Origin: Octopus sinensis
Taxonomy: Eukaryota
Assembly (NCBI RefSeq): GCF_006345805.1
Contig: NC_043011.1
Span: 17,186,464 to 17,250,463 of the forward strand
Length of the DNA: 64,000 nucleotides
Direction of reading: 5' to 3'
Shown: in pieces, positions 49,011 to 63,075 of the stretch
Layout: every line of letters begins with the position of its first letter
Position numbering within the stretch: the stretch's first letter is position 1
The notes under the pieces: generated by a model
What the model was told of the DNA's origin: nothing
Seen by the model: only the letters and a program-made list of their open reading frames with translations
The model's database searches: none
Program-made: the position numbers and the translations under genes

Positions 49011-49621
49011 TAGTATTTTTCAATACAAACCATTCACTTCAAACCCATATATTTTTCAACAATCTTTCAAAAATTGAAATTGTTTACTATCTGTTATAAA
49101 GTAAAAAAGAAATTCAGACAAAGGCTTGTGAGTGGATTTGGAAGACGGAAACTGAAAGAAGCCTGTTATATATATGTGTGTGTGCGTGTGCTTTGTATTT
49201 GTGTTTGTCCCCCATTGCTGTTTGACAACAGGTGTTGGTGTGTTTACATCCCTGTAACTTTAAGGTTTGGCAAAGAGACCGATAGAATAAGCACTAAGCT
49301 TTAAAATAGTCCTGGGGTCAAATTGATCAACAAAAACATGTGAAGGCAGTGCTCCAGCATGGCTGCCGTCAAATGACTGAAACAAGTAAAAGGAAAAAGA
49401 GAACTGAAATAATTTAACTTGGTGTATATTTAGATATCATTAGTAACTATTGTAACAATTCTTATACATCGTCCTTTGTGCTTTTTTGTACAGTATTTTA
49501 GTATAGTGAAGAGCTGGTTTAATTTGCATTTCCTCAAGCTGAAATTTAATAATTAAGATTTCCCACACATGGCATAACTATGTACTTCTTACTTGTAGCG
49601 CATTATTATTAACTTCAGAAG

Positions 49622-50150
49622 AAGGCGGTGAGCTGGCAGAAACATTAGCATGTTGAGCGAAATGCGTAGCCGTATTTCGTCTACCACTACGTTCTGAGTT
49701 CAAATTCTGCCAAGGTCGACTTTGCCTTTCATCCTTTTGGGGTCGATTAAATAAGTACCAGTTACGCACTGGGGTCGATATAATCGACTTAATCCCGATG
49801 TCTGTCCTTGTTTGTCTCCTCTGTGTTTAGCTCCTTGTGGGTAGTAAAGAAATAGGTATTTCGCCCACCGCTACATTTCTGCTGAGGTCGACTTTGCCTT
49901 TCATCCTTTCGGGGTCGATTAAATAAGTGCCAGTTACACACTGGGGTCGATATAATCGATTTAATCCGTTTGCCTGTCCTTTTTTGTACCCTCTGTGTTT
50001 AACCCCTTGTGGGTAGTAAAGAAATAGATATTTTGTCTGCTGCTATGTCCTGAGTTCAAATTCCGTTGAGGTTGGCTTTGCCTTTCATCCTTCGAGGTCA
50101 ATAAATTAAATACCAGTTGAGTACTGGGGTCAATGTAATCAACTTGCCCC
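49622..50150 (+). mobile_element. SINE family A with ~3 tandem units
   Basis: Units restart at ~49674, 49857 and 50028; the third has the alternative tail. Confidence 0.8.
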
Positions 50151-51319
50151 TTCCCCTATAGTAGAAAAGATTATTTACTTCAGCTTAAAAGTTGATTGCT
50201 GTGGAAATGTGTTTGTAGGTAAAGGCTAATTTGTTAGGCATTGGCATGACTGAGTAGTAAGGAGCTTGCGTCTCAACCCTATGGTTCTGGGCTCAATCTC
50301 ACTGCATGGCACCTTGCGCAAGTTTCTTCTGTTATAGCCAGGGGCTTACCAAAGCGTTGTGAGAGGATTTGGGAGACAGAAACTGAAAGAAGTCCAGTGT
50401 GTGTGTATGTGTTTGTGTGTATGTGTGTGTGTTTTTGTACAGTATATATTTATGTGTATATATTTTTGTGTCTGTGTTTGTTTCCTCTTGCTGCTTGACA
50501 ACCAGTGTTGGTATATTTACATCCCTGTAACTTAGCAGTTCAGCAAAAGTGACTGATAAAATAAGTTATAGGCTCAGAAATAATTAGTCCTAGGGTTGAA
50601 ATGTTCAACTAAAATCCTTCAGGGTTGCAGTCAAATGAGTGAAACAAATAAAAGTACAAGAAATTTAGATTTGTTTTATTGTCTGATGTAGTCTACATTA
50701 TGGAGTATATTTAGATTATACTATTGCTTGTGTTTGTTTTAGTCCTGAAGAAATATCTTGAAGCATTTAATACTAGTGTGATGTGGACAAAGAACATAAA
50801 ATGAACCCTCAGTTTTGTTGAGAAGAATTTGAGATGTTACCAAAACTAGTTATGCCTACTGTGTGAGGCTTGTATTATGTATTAACCTTGAGAATGCACT
50901 GTCTTATATGTTTTCCTGAGACCCCACAAGCAGAGTTTCAGACTATTTCAACAAAGTGACATCAATGATAAGTGTAACACTACATTGGCTGAGGTGAAGC
51001 AAAAAGTTGATGAAAGAAGGAAATTTCATTTGGAAGAATTCTTTTAGTAAGAGCCATTTATGAGGTGAGAACTTGTAACTGGAGAATATTGTTCTGGAGA
51101 GAGCTTTGAGCATTAAAGCCAGCATAATTCAAGATTCTTAGTAAAGTCTAACATTTGAGATACTCACATTACCACTCAATATCATAAAATTATAAAGTGT
51201 GTAATGAGAATCCCAACTGTTATTATAGTACAGAGTGAAACATCTGGATTCACAATTTTCACAATCAAATTCTGAATGCAAATGAAAATAAAGGATCTAT
51301 ATTGGGAAGGGTTACATAT

Positions 51320-51630
51320 TCATCATCATCATCATCATCATCGTTTAACGTCCGTTTTCCATGCTAGCATGGGTCGGACGGTTCGACAGGGATCTGGGAA
51401 GCCAGAAGGCTGCACCAGGCTCCAGTCTGATCTGGCAGTATTTCTACAGCTGGATGCCCTTCCTAATGCCAACCACTCTGTGAGTATAGTGGGTGCTTTT
51501 TACGTGCCACCGCCACAGGTGCCAGGGGAGGCTGGCAATGGCCATGATCGGATTGGTGGTTTTTACGTGCCACCAGCACGGAAGCCAGTCGAGGCGGCGC
51601 TGGCATTGGCCACATTCAGATGGTGCTTTT
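51320..51630 (-). mobile_element. Family C element
   Basis: (CAT)n then CGTTTAACGTCCG core. Confidence 0.85.
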
Positions 51631-51829
51631 TAAAATAATAATAATGAATAGTATTTGATACAGAAAGAAAATATTAGCCATTAAACCACTGTCGCTAATG
51701 AAATTCTTGATGAAAGTTGGCACACAACACAGAAGGTGTTTGGAGAATTGGGTAGTTGCTTTGCATTTCCTATTAGATGCAACATGCAGCCAAATACAAG
51801 ACTTAACTGCTCTGCTGTCAGATATAGCT

Positions 51830-52420
51830 ATGGTGCAGCCTCGCCTGGAATTTGCATCACAGGTCTGGAACCCCTATCTTGCCCAGGATATTAATCGTCT
51901 GGAAACTGTTCAGTGACAGGCAACCAAGAGAATACCCTCCATCAGGCATTTGCCATATTCTGAACACCTTACTTCCCTGGGCATGGACACATTGAAACTC
52001 CGACGTCTGGCAGCTGACTTCGCAGACACCTATGAAATTATTAACCATCTTACTAACAATAACTCTGAGCACCTTTTCAAACTCTACCTGTCTGACACCC
52101 GTGGACATGTTTACAAAGTCAGAAAACAGCACAGCTCCCATGACTTTCAGAAACATTTTTTCATGCTAAGAGTTACTGAAGTATGGAACAAACTGCTGGC
52201 ATCAGTTGTTAGTTGTCGGAGCACTGCATCCTTCAAAACTTCCATGCATCCTGAGATTCACCAACACTACACCTGATTTTCTACCCCCCATACACATGCA
52301 AGCATATATCTGACTCATACACTGTTCGCTTTCCAGGCATTTGTACATTACTGCATATGCTTTATACGCACTTTCCAACAAGTTGTGGTGCACCTGAGCA
52401 CTGTATACAATAATTTCATA
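51830..52420 (+). mobile_element. CR1/L2-like LINE 3' end
   Basis: QPRLEFASQVWNPYLAQDINRLETVQ..MPYSEHLTSLGMDTLKLRR..DTRGHVYKV..WNKL. Confidence 0.85.
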
Positions 52421-53341
52421 ATATTATATATTTATTAAATTATCTTTACCCTTCAGCTGACAGATCAAAATCGTTTACAAACAAATCATTATGAGTTTTA
52501 ATTACCCTAATATCAAATGATGATTATTTTTGTACATCCCCTTGCACATATTCCTGAGAGTTAGATGGTCCAAAGTAATATAGAATAAAAGACGCTTTCC
52601 TAAAATATAATGAGATCCCTTTAGAGAATTTTAAATTAACTTGGCTTAATAGCTAATCTATTAGGCACTTTGTCACTTCAGAATGAGTAGGCATTGTATG
52701 TTTATTATAGGTTTCCCAAGTCATATTATAAGACGGCTTCATTTGCAAGCACGTTATTTAATTATTCCAGACCACAACATATAGACCAGAACCGTAGCAT
52801 ATAAATTAACAAGTAGAAGTTACCTGTATAATGAAGTGCCAAGTTTATATAATTGGAAGAAATTTGCAAAAGGGGAAGGTCAAAGTGGGGTGCATGAGAA
52901 GTAGTGGATACAGCAACTCTCAAGAAACTGAAATTATGAATCAGATGACACAGGACTACAATAAGTGGATACTGTGCTGGAGAAGACCTGCTGGTCTAAG
53001 CAAACATAGAGAAACAGATGGAGGATGATTATGATGATGATCATAATGATGATGATGGTGGTGGTGGTGGTGGTGGTGGTGACGATGGTGGTATGAGTGA
53101 TGTGGTGACGGTGGTGCTTATGATGCGGTTGCTGATGTTAATGATAAGCAAATATATATTTATAAGGTTTTTAAAATATTTTTTCTTTCAACATAGGTGC
53201 AGGCTTGGCTGGGTGGTAAGAAGCTTGCTTCCCAACCATATGGTTCTGGGTTCATCCCCACTGTCTAGAACCTTGGGCAAATGTCTACTACAATAGTCTT
53301 GGGCTGGCTGGTGAGTGAATTTAGTTGGTGAAAACTGCCTG

Positions 53342-53376
<35 letters not shown>

Positions 53377-54899
53377 AATTGGGTGTGATGGGTAAATTGT
53401 CGACATTTTGTATTTTTAATTTCGTGCATGCATATTGTTTGTTTTCGATTTTTGTCGATTACACAGCATAGTAGGGTCAGTTGGGCATTCTGAGTTCAAA
53501 TTTCGCCGAGATCGACTTTGATTAAATAAGTACCAGTTACGCACTGGGGTCGATGTAATCGACTTAATCCATTTGTCTGTCCTTGTTTGTCCCCTCTGTG
53601 TTTAACCCCTTGTGGGTAGTAAAGAAATAGCTATTTTATAGATCTCGAAAGGATGAAAGGCAAAGTCGACTTCAGCAGAATTTGAACTCAAAACATAAAG
53701 ACGGATGAAATGTAGTTAAGCATTTTGTCTGGTGTTCTAGCAGTTCTGCCAGCTTACTGCTAAAATACTGTTGACGTTTTGTCTTAGATTAACTTTTATT
53801 TTAATGTATCTATGACCAAAGACTCGTCTCATCACGATCATCCTGTCTTTATCAAGTATACCGTGGTAAAGAGTACATTTTCTAATAAGTTCTCCCCCGC
53901 TTTTTTTTTCTTCAAAATTCTAGGGTATAATTGAAATGATAATTGGATGTTATTTCTAGCTGGTTCAACAACCTCGGAGAAAAGCTCCATTATAATTTTT
54001 TAGTTGCAGTTGCCTGTAATATAATATTCTTTATAAAAGAACTATTACAACTGTGACATCATTGTTGCTTTCTCTATTTGCTGTGACCTCTTCTTTCACT
54101 AGCTGCTGCTGCTTATTCCCATTACATGTTAGTACAACTGCAAGAAGCCATTTTTCATCATTAAATATGATGGTAGGTGAGAGGGGAATGGCACAACATT
54201 TTTATGTGTCAGTATCACTGAAATGGCAATATTTTTATACTAAAAACACCACTCAATGGATATTTTACTGTGATGTAAATTCACTTAAAATTTTTCCCCT
54301 GCTCATCATTTTGCCATAAAAATTCTTTTATATTGACAGGACTCCAAATCCAGGGAGACAGGTTTAATAAAAAAAAAAAAAAGTGTTAAATTCAGATTTT
54401 TATTATTAATACTGATTTCTAACATTGGTTCAGTCAGAAATATTTCACAGGAGTTTGTGTTATATTACTGGTATTTATTTTATTGACTTTGGAAGAAAAT
54501 GACTTAATTTTATTGACTTTATAAAAATGACTTTGGTGAGATTTGGTCTCAGGGCATAAATGCAAATCAAGAAATAATGCAATACATTTAGTTCCTCCCA
54601 CTTCTGTTTCTGTTAATCTCGCTTCGATCATATTCTACCATTTTAGCAAAAATGACGTATTGCATAATGTAGTCTTGAGTTTATGCACTTAGGAAAATGT
54701 AGGAATAGTTACAGCTGTAATGGTTATGTACTTTGGTCTATTCAACCAGGACTATGCAAAAACACCAAATGCAATTCTAAGGTTTTTCTAAGATAATCAA
54801 TACTAATAATAATACTTGACCATTCACAAATTTTGGAGAGATGTTAAAATAATCAAAATCATTTCCTGATTGGCACTTATATTATAGTGTGTGTTCCTT

Positions 54900-55190
54900 C
54901 TCGACCCACGCCTGGCTCATTAGGGCCGGTTTTCCCAGTTTCCTTGACATATAGGTTCCCCACCTGGACGGGACGCAGGTCCATCTCAGGTGAGCAGCTA
55001 GATGCAGGAGGAAAGAGTGAGAGAAAGTTGTGGTGAAAGAGTCAGCAGAAGTTCGCCATTACCTTCTGCCGGAGCCATGTAGAGCTTAGGTGTTTCACTC
55101 ATAAACACACATACTGCCCACTCTGAAATTCGAGCCTGCAATCCCTCGTTTGCCTGTCTGCTGCTCTGACCACTAGGCCATGTGCCTTCA
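54900..55190 (-). mobile_element. SINE family E
   Basis: Reverse complement of the family E type. Confidence 0.85.
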
Positions 55191-55869
55191 CACTTATATT
55201 ATAGGTCCCATAAACATCAGACAAATTTGTCTTACAAAAGTATGATTTGAACTAGGCATAAAATAAAACGCTCAGATTACCCACATCACACAGCCCTTGA
55301 TTCTTCCTTTAATTAGTTACAGGTGTCTTAATGTGGCTATGGGCATTGCTCTTCTGCTTCTAATAAAATTAAAACAAACTAAAAAACAAAAAGACAAAAA
55401 AATTACATAATTTTTATAGACAACCAAAATTTTGTTTTAAAACATACTTCTACTCAAAAAAGCTATTTTCATAATATTAATAAGTCCTTGCCTTGACACC
55501 ATAAAACCGCACATTTACAAGGGAGGTGGGTGTAAGACATTGAATTCCTGCCAGTTTTTGACTGGCATCAAATGTATCAATCCTCAAATAATAAAGCTAA
55601 TTGATTATGGCAAGTATTGAACTGTAATTGCGGAGAAAAGGAAGAAGGTATTTTGTTGAACCTATTCTCTCTATCCTAAGGAAAAAACAGATCAAGCCAG
55701 TGAGGAAATGTTTATGAGCTTACTTGATATGGGAGAACTAGCAGCCAAATGTTCCAATGACTTAAGAAAATGTAAGCTTACACTGGATAAAGTTGTCCAA
55801 GATAAACAATGCAGCTAACTAAGATGGGATAGACATAATTCAACTCAATCAAGGCCAATATCTCATTCT

Positions 55870-56165
55870 CGCTCACAACATCATAAGCGGAAAGTGTAAC
55901 CTCTCAAAAGAGCTGTTCTTCACTCCTGCTCCAGAGCGTCGGCTGCGGGTCACTCCGAAAAGCTCTATCTGCAACAATTTCATCTCAATCGAAGGAGAGG
56001 TGCTTTCTCCATCCGGGTTGCGGATCTGCGGAATAAGCTGCCAGACGAGATAGTGAAGATGCCGACGACTGCTCGGTTCAAAGTCTCTCTTGACCAGAAA
56101 TGGCTTGAACTCTTTATATGAACACCCCCCCATGTCCCCCTACATGGCCTTGCTTTTGCTTTTTG
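55870..56165 (+). mobile_element. CR1-like LINE 3' end (different subfamily, CpG-rich)
   Basis: ELFFTPAPERRLR/HSEKL..RRGAFSIRVADLRNKLPDEIV..FKVSLD. Confidence 0.8.
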
Positions 56166-56464
56166 AGCCAAATAATTGACTTAACTTAACTATATAAATG
56201 TAAGAGATAATACCATAAAATAGTTTAAAACTATTACATTGACTAATAAAAACCTGGACTGATTGAAGAAGACAGACCACAGTAAAAGAATATGTATTTG
56301 ATGTATAAACATTAGCCCAAATATTGACTTTCTAAAAAAGACTTTCTGTACATTTCATATTATACTATTTCATCTGAATGTTTCCATTAATAGTATTGCA
56401 TGAAAACCTTTCCTATTAATGTAAAAAAAAAATTATTTAAGTAAAAAATTATTATTATTTATGT

Positions 56465-57050
56465 AATAATTTATTATATATGACTGACTCCTGTGCAGGT
56501 GGCATGTAAAAAGCACCATTTGAGCATGGCTGTTGCCAGTACAGCCAGACTGGCCCTCATGCCGGTGGCACGTAAAAGCACCCACTACACTCTCGGAGTG
56601 GTTGGCATTAGGAAGGGCATCCAGCTGTAGAAACTCTGCCAGATCAGATTGGAGTCTGGGAAGCCATCTGGTTTGCCAGTCCTCAGTAGAATCGTCCAAC
56701 CCATGCTAGCATGGAAAGCAGACATTAAATGATGATGATGATGTAAAAAATTATTATGTATAAGAATTCATGAAGAAACCTTCCTTGTTACGGTAGTTTA
56801 CAATGACATTTTATCATTATCATCATCATCGTTTAACGTCCGCTTTCCATGCTAGCATGGGTTGGACGGTTCAACTAGGGTCTGGGAAGCCAGAAGGCTG
56901 CACCAGGCCAAGTCTGATCTGGCAGTGTTTCTACAGCTGGATGCCCTTCCTAATGCCAACCAGTCCGTGAGTGTAATGGGTGTTTTTTACATGCCAGATG
57001 AGGTTGGCAACGACTACGATCGGATGGTGCTTTTTACGTGCCACTGTAAC
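56465..57050. mobile_element. Two family C copies tail-to-tail (56465-56745 plus, 56815-57050 minus)
   Basis: (GAT)n and (CAT)n tails face each other. Confidence 0.8.
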
Positions 57051-59727
57051 ATATGAATATAGAACATATGTATGTATATTGCTGTATATTATTATTATAT
57101 ATTATTATTATGTATATGTATATATATATATGTATAGAAGTATGGGTATATGCACTCATATGTATGTGTATATTATATATTATGGGTATGCACCCACTCT
57201 TATATGGGTGTACCTCCTCTGATTGTCATGTTTAATTTAGTTTGTTCTTCATAATCTCTGAAGAGGCCTTGGGATATTTTTGTAAGTGTCTCATTTATAA
57301 CTACATATTAACCTATCACACATGGCTAATATGAGCATAATGAGGCACCCATATCTGCATGGCTGAAACAGCTGTAAGATGTAGTTTATATTTATATTTG
57401 TATTTATTTATATTCACTTATACATACTGTACTTATTGTATCATATTACTCATTGATGTGCATTGTTTTGTTCTATATTATTATGTTTGACCTTAATGTA
57501 GTGGTTCAATAAATTATGTGATTGGGTATTATTTGGTAGTTGATTATTGATTAAGAGGTATTTTTCCATTTCCTTATTTTGTATTATTAATTTGTGGTAA
57601 AACATTTTACCTTTGCCCATATAATACAGTGAATGAATTAATTGCATCGCACTTCTTAACATTTATGTATTAACTTTGTTGGGTACTTCTCTAGCAGTAT
57701 ATTGGATACATGTTATCTCATGGTGGGTTGCACTCACAACCCCTATCTCAATTTATATATATATATATATATATATATACGTGTATATATATGTATGTAG
57801 ATGAGCATGTATATGTGTGTGTATATACATATATATATATATTTATAAACACACACACATGTACTGACTCATGTTCCTACATTAACTCACCAGATTAACT
57901 AACTTTATATGCATGTTTTTAACTCCATGCATGTGTTAGTACTCGGATATGTGTGTATATATGCACATGTTTAATGAAAGTTAGTTGTACTTCTTGTGGT
58001 AAAAGAGGTCCTGCAGGTGCAATTAATTATGGGAAAAAAAACAACAAAAAAAACAAAAAACATTTCAACATTTCTTTTTAAACTAATAGAATAATCCTCA
58101 TAAAACCAGAAAAGCAAGAACATGACTATTAGTCAGGCTTTTCTGATTTAAGATTGTGTTGTTAAATTAAAGACTTTAAATCCTAGATGTTGGTGATGGT
58201 TGAAACATAGGTGGAGCAGATAGATGTAATTGCACAAGGTGTTTGTTGTTGCAGTAACGGTAGTTCTGGAGGTGGTGAGCGGTACTTGATTAGTGCTGAT
58301 TTTAAATGCTAAAACTAATGAGCATGAAAGATGCGAGAATAGAAGTGACTTGACTGAAGCTTAATTAAGATTTTAAAATAACATTCCTTGCAGGGATATT
58401 TCTTGTTTTCTTTCATGATGCTAATGATCTATGGCTGCAAAGAAATATAAAATAAAATAAAATGCTGGCTTCGTTACCTCACTCGAGGAATTGCGAACAT
58501 ATGTTCGTAATTATCAGGAATATGTTGATCAGGACTTGAGAAATGTCCTCTGCTATATCAAGCACACACACAGTTCTATAATATTTCAGAAAAATGAGTT
58601 AAAATTTCCAAGCAATTTGATTTGTTCTTCATTCAGTTAAATTTATATTTGTATTTGTTTTGTTGTTTTTTTCTCTGAGAGAGCGAGAGAGAGAAAGAAA
58701 GGGAGAGAAAGAGAAAGATAGAGAGAAAAAGACAGAGAGAGAAGTGTATAGAAAGAAAGGTATGTAGAAAGGAAGAGAGAAGCATAGTGAGAAAGGTGTA
58801 CATATAAACAAAGAGTTAAAGGAAAGTTTGATATGTCTGTAGGAAGTGAGCTTATAGATGCTATTCTGTCATTAGTATGTAATGGTTTTAGTAAGTGGGT
58901 GGTCTTACTAGCAGTTACTGATTGAAGCAGCAGAGCAGATGTATAAGTTTGGAAATAGTTTGTGTTTATTAGTAAGTTATTTGCAAGGAAGATGTCAATT
59001 GAATGGCGAAGTGCATTAGAAGAGATTCTGAGGAAGTTGTAATACAAGTAGGAAGAATGATGAAAGCAAGCTTTTGTTGCGTCAGCATTTATTAAACAAA
59101 TTCGTTATCGATGGTGTTCCAGTCATGACAACTGGAATGAGTACTAGGCTTACAAAGAATAAGTCCTGAGGTCGATTTTGTTGACTAAAGGTGGTGCTCC
59201 AGCATGGCCACAGTCAAAAAATGACTGAAAAAGTAAAAGAGTAAAAGTATATGATTGAAAGACAGGAAAAAAAATTCCCTGCCGATTGTCATAGAGAGAG
59301 ATTGTCAGTTATTTGTTGATCCTTTCAGATAAGGAAAGTGAGGGGACAATAATTATGTCTGATCATATTTTAGGGAGTATGGTGGACTTCTTTCATTGCA
59401 CTTGCTAGGTCTGGAGAAAGGGTCAGTAGCTACGGTCTTCACAGGACCAAATATTGTGTACAGATGGGTGAGACTGATGCAATCAATGTTTCTTTTTTAA
59501 GCCTCTGTAAGCCAACATTTACAGGATAGACATTAGCTGGAAGGGAATTACAGGGTGCTGATGTTCCTGGGAAGCAGGGACTGGATGTAGTGACTAGTGC
59601 AGCACTGGGGAGTGTTTGGTGCAACAAGAGTGGGAAGATATGAGTGAGTTTAGAAAGTTAGCAAGGGCATGGCAGGAGCCCAGCCAGCTCTGAGAAGATG
59701 TGGAACATTATAGTACTTGTAACAGAG

Positions 59728-59961
59728 AGGTGGCGAGCTGGCAGAGTCATTAGCATGCTGGGCGAAATGCTTTGTGGTATTTTGTCCGCCACTGCATTCT
59801 GAGTTCAAATTCCGCCGAGGTCGACTTTGCCTTTCATCCTTTCAGGGTCGATAAATTAAGAACCAGTCACACACTGGGGTTGATGTAATCGACTTAATAC
59901 CTATGTCTGTCCTTGTTTGTCCCCTCTATGTTTAGCCCCTTGTGGGTAATAAAGAAATAAG
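59728..59961 (+). mobile_element. SINE family A (1 unit)
   Basis: Head plus a single unit. Confidence 0.85.
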
Positions 59962-60179
59962 TACTTGTAACAGAGAAAGAGAGAGAGATTGAGAGAGAGA
60001 GGGGGGAGAGAGAAAGAGAGATAGGTAGATATAGAGAAAGAGAGAGAGAGAAGGAGAGACAGATAGAGAAAGAGAAAGAGAGAGTGATGACAGTACATCG
60101 TGGGCCTTATGCTTGAACATATATGTGTGCATGTGAATGGCTTTCTGTATTTATGACAGAATGTTTAGGATTTACCCTT

Positions 60180-60890
60180 TTACTTGTTTCAGTCATATGA
60201 TTGTGGCCATACTAGAGCACCGCCTTCAGTCGAGCTAATCGACCCCAGGACTTATTCTTTGTAAGCCTAGTACTTATTCTCTCGGTTTCCTTTGCAGAAC
60301 TGCTAAGTTATGGGGATGTAAATGCACCAGCATCAGTTGTCACACGATGTTGGGGGGGGGGACAAACAGAGACACACAAACATTCACACACACACACATA
60401 TATATATACATATATACGATGGGCTTCTTTCAGTTTCCATCTACCAAATCCACTGAGAAGGCTTTGGTTGGCCTGAGGCAATAGTAGAAGACACTTGTCC
60501 AAGGTGCCACGCAGTGGGACTGAACCTGGAACCATGTGGTTTGTAAGCAAGCTACTTGTGGAGGCACATGTCCTAGTGGTTAAAGTAGTGGACTCACGGT
60601 TGAGGGATCGTGAGTTCAAATCTCAGATTGGGCGATGTGGGTGTTTATGACTGAAACACCTAAGCTCCCCGCGGCTCCAGCAGAAGGTAATGGCAAACTT
60701 CTGCTGACTCTTTCACCACAACTTTCTCTCACTCTTTTCTCTTGAAGCTCACCTGCGATGGACTAGCTTCCCACCCAGGTGGGGAACCTATACGCCAGGG
60801 AAACCGGGAAACTGGCCCTTATGAGCCATGCATGACTTGAGAAGAAACAAACAAAGAAGCTACTTACCACACAGCCACTCCTATGCCTAT
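60180..60890 (-). mobile_element. SINE family B interrupted by a family E copy
   Basis: Reverse-strand B copy resumes after 60865. Confidence 0.8.
60558..60856 (+). mobile_element. SINE family E with 9-bp target-site duplication
   Basis: AAGCTACTT at 60549-60557 and 60857-60865. Confidence 0.9.
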
Positions 60891-61091
60891 TTGTGGAAGT
60901 TTGGTTGCTGTTTGTAGATCAATCACATAGAAGATCTGTTGTGAGTTAGGAAATTAAATTCTAGAATGTTTTAGGTGAATATCATAATTGTGATCATTGA
61001 AGTCCTCAAAGATTAATGCCTTACACATTTGAAATATTTGATCAAAATTGTTGTTGTTGTTGTTATTGTTGTTTTGCTCCAAGTCAGTCCT

Positions 61092-61311
61092 GAGAGAACA
61101 ATACCTATTTCTTTACTGCCTACAAGGGGCTAAACACAGAGAGGACAAACAAGTACAGACAAACGGATTAAGTCGATTATATCGACCCCAGTACATAACT
61201 GGTACTTATTTAATTGACCCCGAAAGGATGAAAGGCAAAGTCAACCTCGGTGGAATTTGAACTCAGAATGTAACGACAGACGAAATACCTATTTCTTTAC
61301 TACCCACAAGG
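61092..61311 (-). mobile_element. SINE family A fragment
   Basis: Reverse-complement unit without head. Confidence 0.8.
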
Positions 61312-62004
61312 GTAGATCTTTCCCCAATTACAATGTTAGCATTTGATATGAGTTCAATTTATTTAATATATTTATCAAGTAGAGTAATAGCAGAAGCTCA
61401 GATGCTAGTTAATTTTCAAGTTGCTGGATTTAATGGGAAAAATGTATGAGCTAACATACACAAAGTCTATTCCAGTCAGCTGATCTTGATTCAATGCTGG
61501 ATGAAACCACATCAAGTCATTGTCAGCTTGACCGGTGCTGTTTTGAGACCTACTTGTTCAGACTAGTCAGCTACTAATTGGAAGGGTTCTCCCATAGCTG
61601 AGTGATCAATACTGGCTATAATTCAGAACAGAGAGCCAGGACAGATACTGCAATGAATCATATCTGATGCCCTAATAGTTCCTTTTGACCACTTCGTTAA
61701 TTAACTCCAAAAAGCAGTCCAGCTATGATCATCACGCCTTTATAGTTATGGTTTATATCAGATTACACTGCCTGTTGTATCTATTCTTGTATTTTCAAGG
61801 TGAGTCTAATTGGAGGGAGATTTGGCAGTTATGAAACATATCTAGTGACCACAAAGATACCTTAAACTGAAATTCATGTGCTGAATGAAACTGGGGTGAG
61901 AAGAATGAATAGTAGAAACAGTGTAAGCAATTTCATCTATGTATGTTTCTGAAGAATAGGGACTCTGTGTATGGCTTATGAACATGAATTAAGCATGAAT
62001 TAAG

Positions 62005-62420
62005 CATAGGCGTAGGAGTGGCCATGTGGTAATTAGCTTGTTTACCAGCCGCATGGTTCCAGTTCAGTCCCACTGCATGGCACCTTGGGCAAGTGTCTTC
62101 TACTATAGCCTCGGGTCGACCAAAGCCTTGTGAGTGGATTTGGTAGACGGAAACTGAAAGAAGCCTGTTGTATATATGTATATATTTATATATGTATGTA
62201 TGTGTGTATATGTTTGTGTGTCTGTGTTTGTCGCCCCAACATCGTTTGACAACCGATGCTGGTGTGTTTATGTCACCGTAACTCAGCAGTTCAGCAAAAG
62301 AGACCAATAGAATAAGTACTGGGCTTACAAAGAATAAGTCCTGGGGTCGATTTGGTTGACTAAAGGCGGTGCTCCAGCGTGGCCACAGTCAAATGACTGA
62401 AACAAGTAAAAGAGTAAAAG
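62005..62420 (+). mobile_element. SINE family B
   Basis: Full-length match. Confidence 0.85.
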
Positions 62421-62849
62421 TATATGATTGAAAGAAAGGAAAAAAAATTCCCTGTCGATTGTCATAGAGAGAGATTGTCAGTTATTTGTTGATCCTTTCA
62501 GATGAGGAAAGTGAGGGTAAAATAATTATGCTACAAGGGCTTTACAAATATGTGGTATCCCTTGTTGTTGCTTTGGCCCTGGACATTAATAATTAAGTAA
62601 ACTTATGATTAAAAGGGATTCAACCAAAACCTTTATATTCTTTTCTGACTATATCAAGAAATATATTATAAAAATATTTAAATCTTCTGGTTTTGGTCAT
62701 TTTACTATGACCATGTTGGAGCTTTTTTCTCAAGGGATTACATATCAACTCAAGTACTTAGTTTCATATTTAATTTTATCACTATCTATTTGTTCTTCTG
62801 CTAAGTTACCTGTACTTCATTCTTATAAGATGATAGTGTGACTTCAAGG

Positions 62850-63075
62850 AGATTTGGCTAATACTCGAAAAATGTTGGGAGAAATGTTGGGCTTAAGAAG
62901 CATCAGATGTGGTGTGCAAGAGAGACGACTGCGCTGGTATGGTCATGTGGCAAGAATGGATGAAGATAGGTGTGTGAAAAAGTGCCACACCCTAGCGGTT
63001 GAGGGAACCTGTGGAAGAGGTACACCCAGGAAGACCTGGGATGAAGTGGTGAAGCACTTAAACGATGATGATGAT
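62850..63075 (+). mobile_element. RTE LINE 3' fragment
   Basis: EMLGLRSIRCGVQERRLRWYGHVARMDEDRCVKKC..EGTCGRG.PRKTWDEVV, (GAT)n tail. Confidence 0.85.

Noticed and set aside
50921-51046. Plus-strand exon-like frame (LFQQSDINDKCNTTLAEVKQKVDERRKF)
   Set aside because: Weak acceptor, unrecognised product, adjacent broken frames suggest a decayed element.
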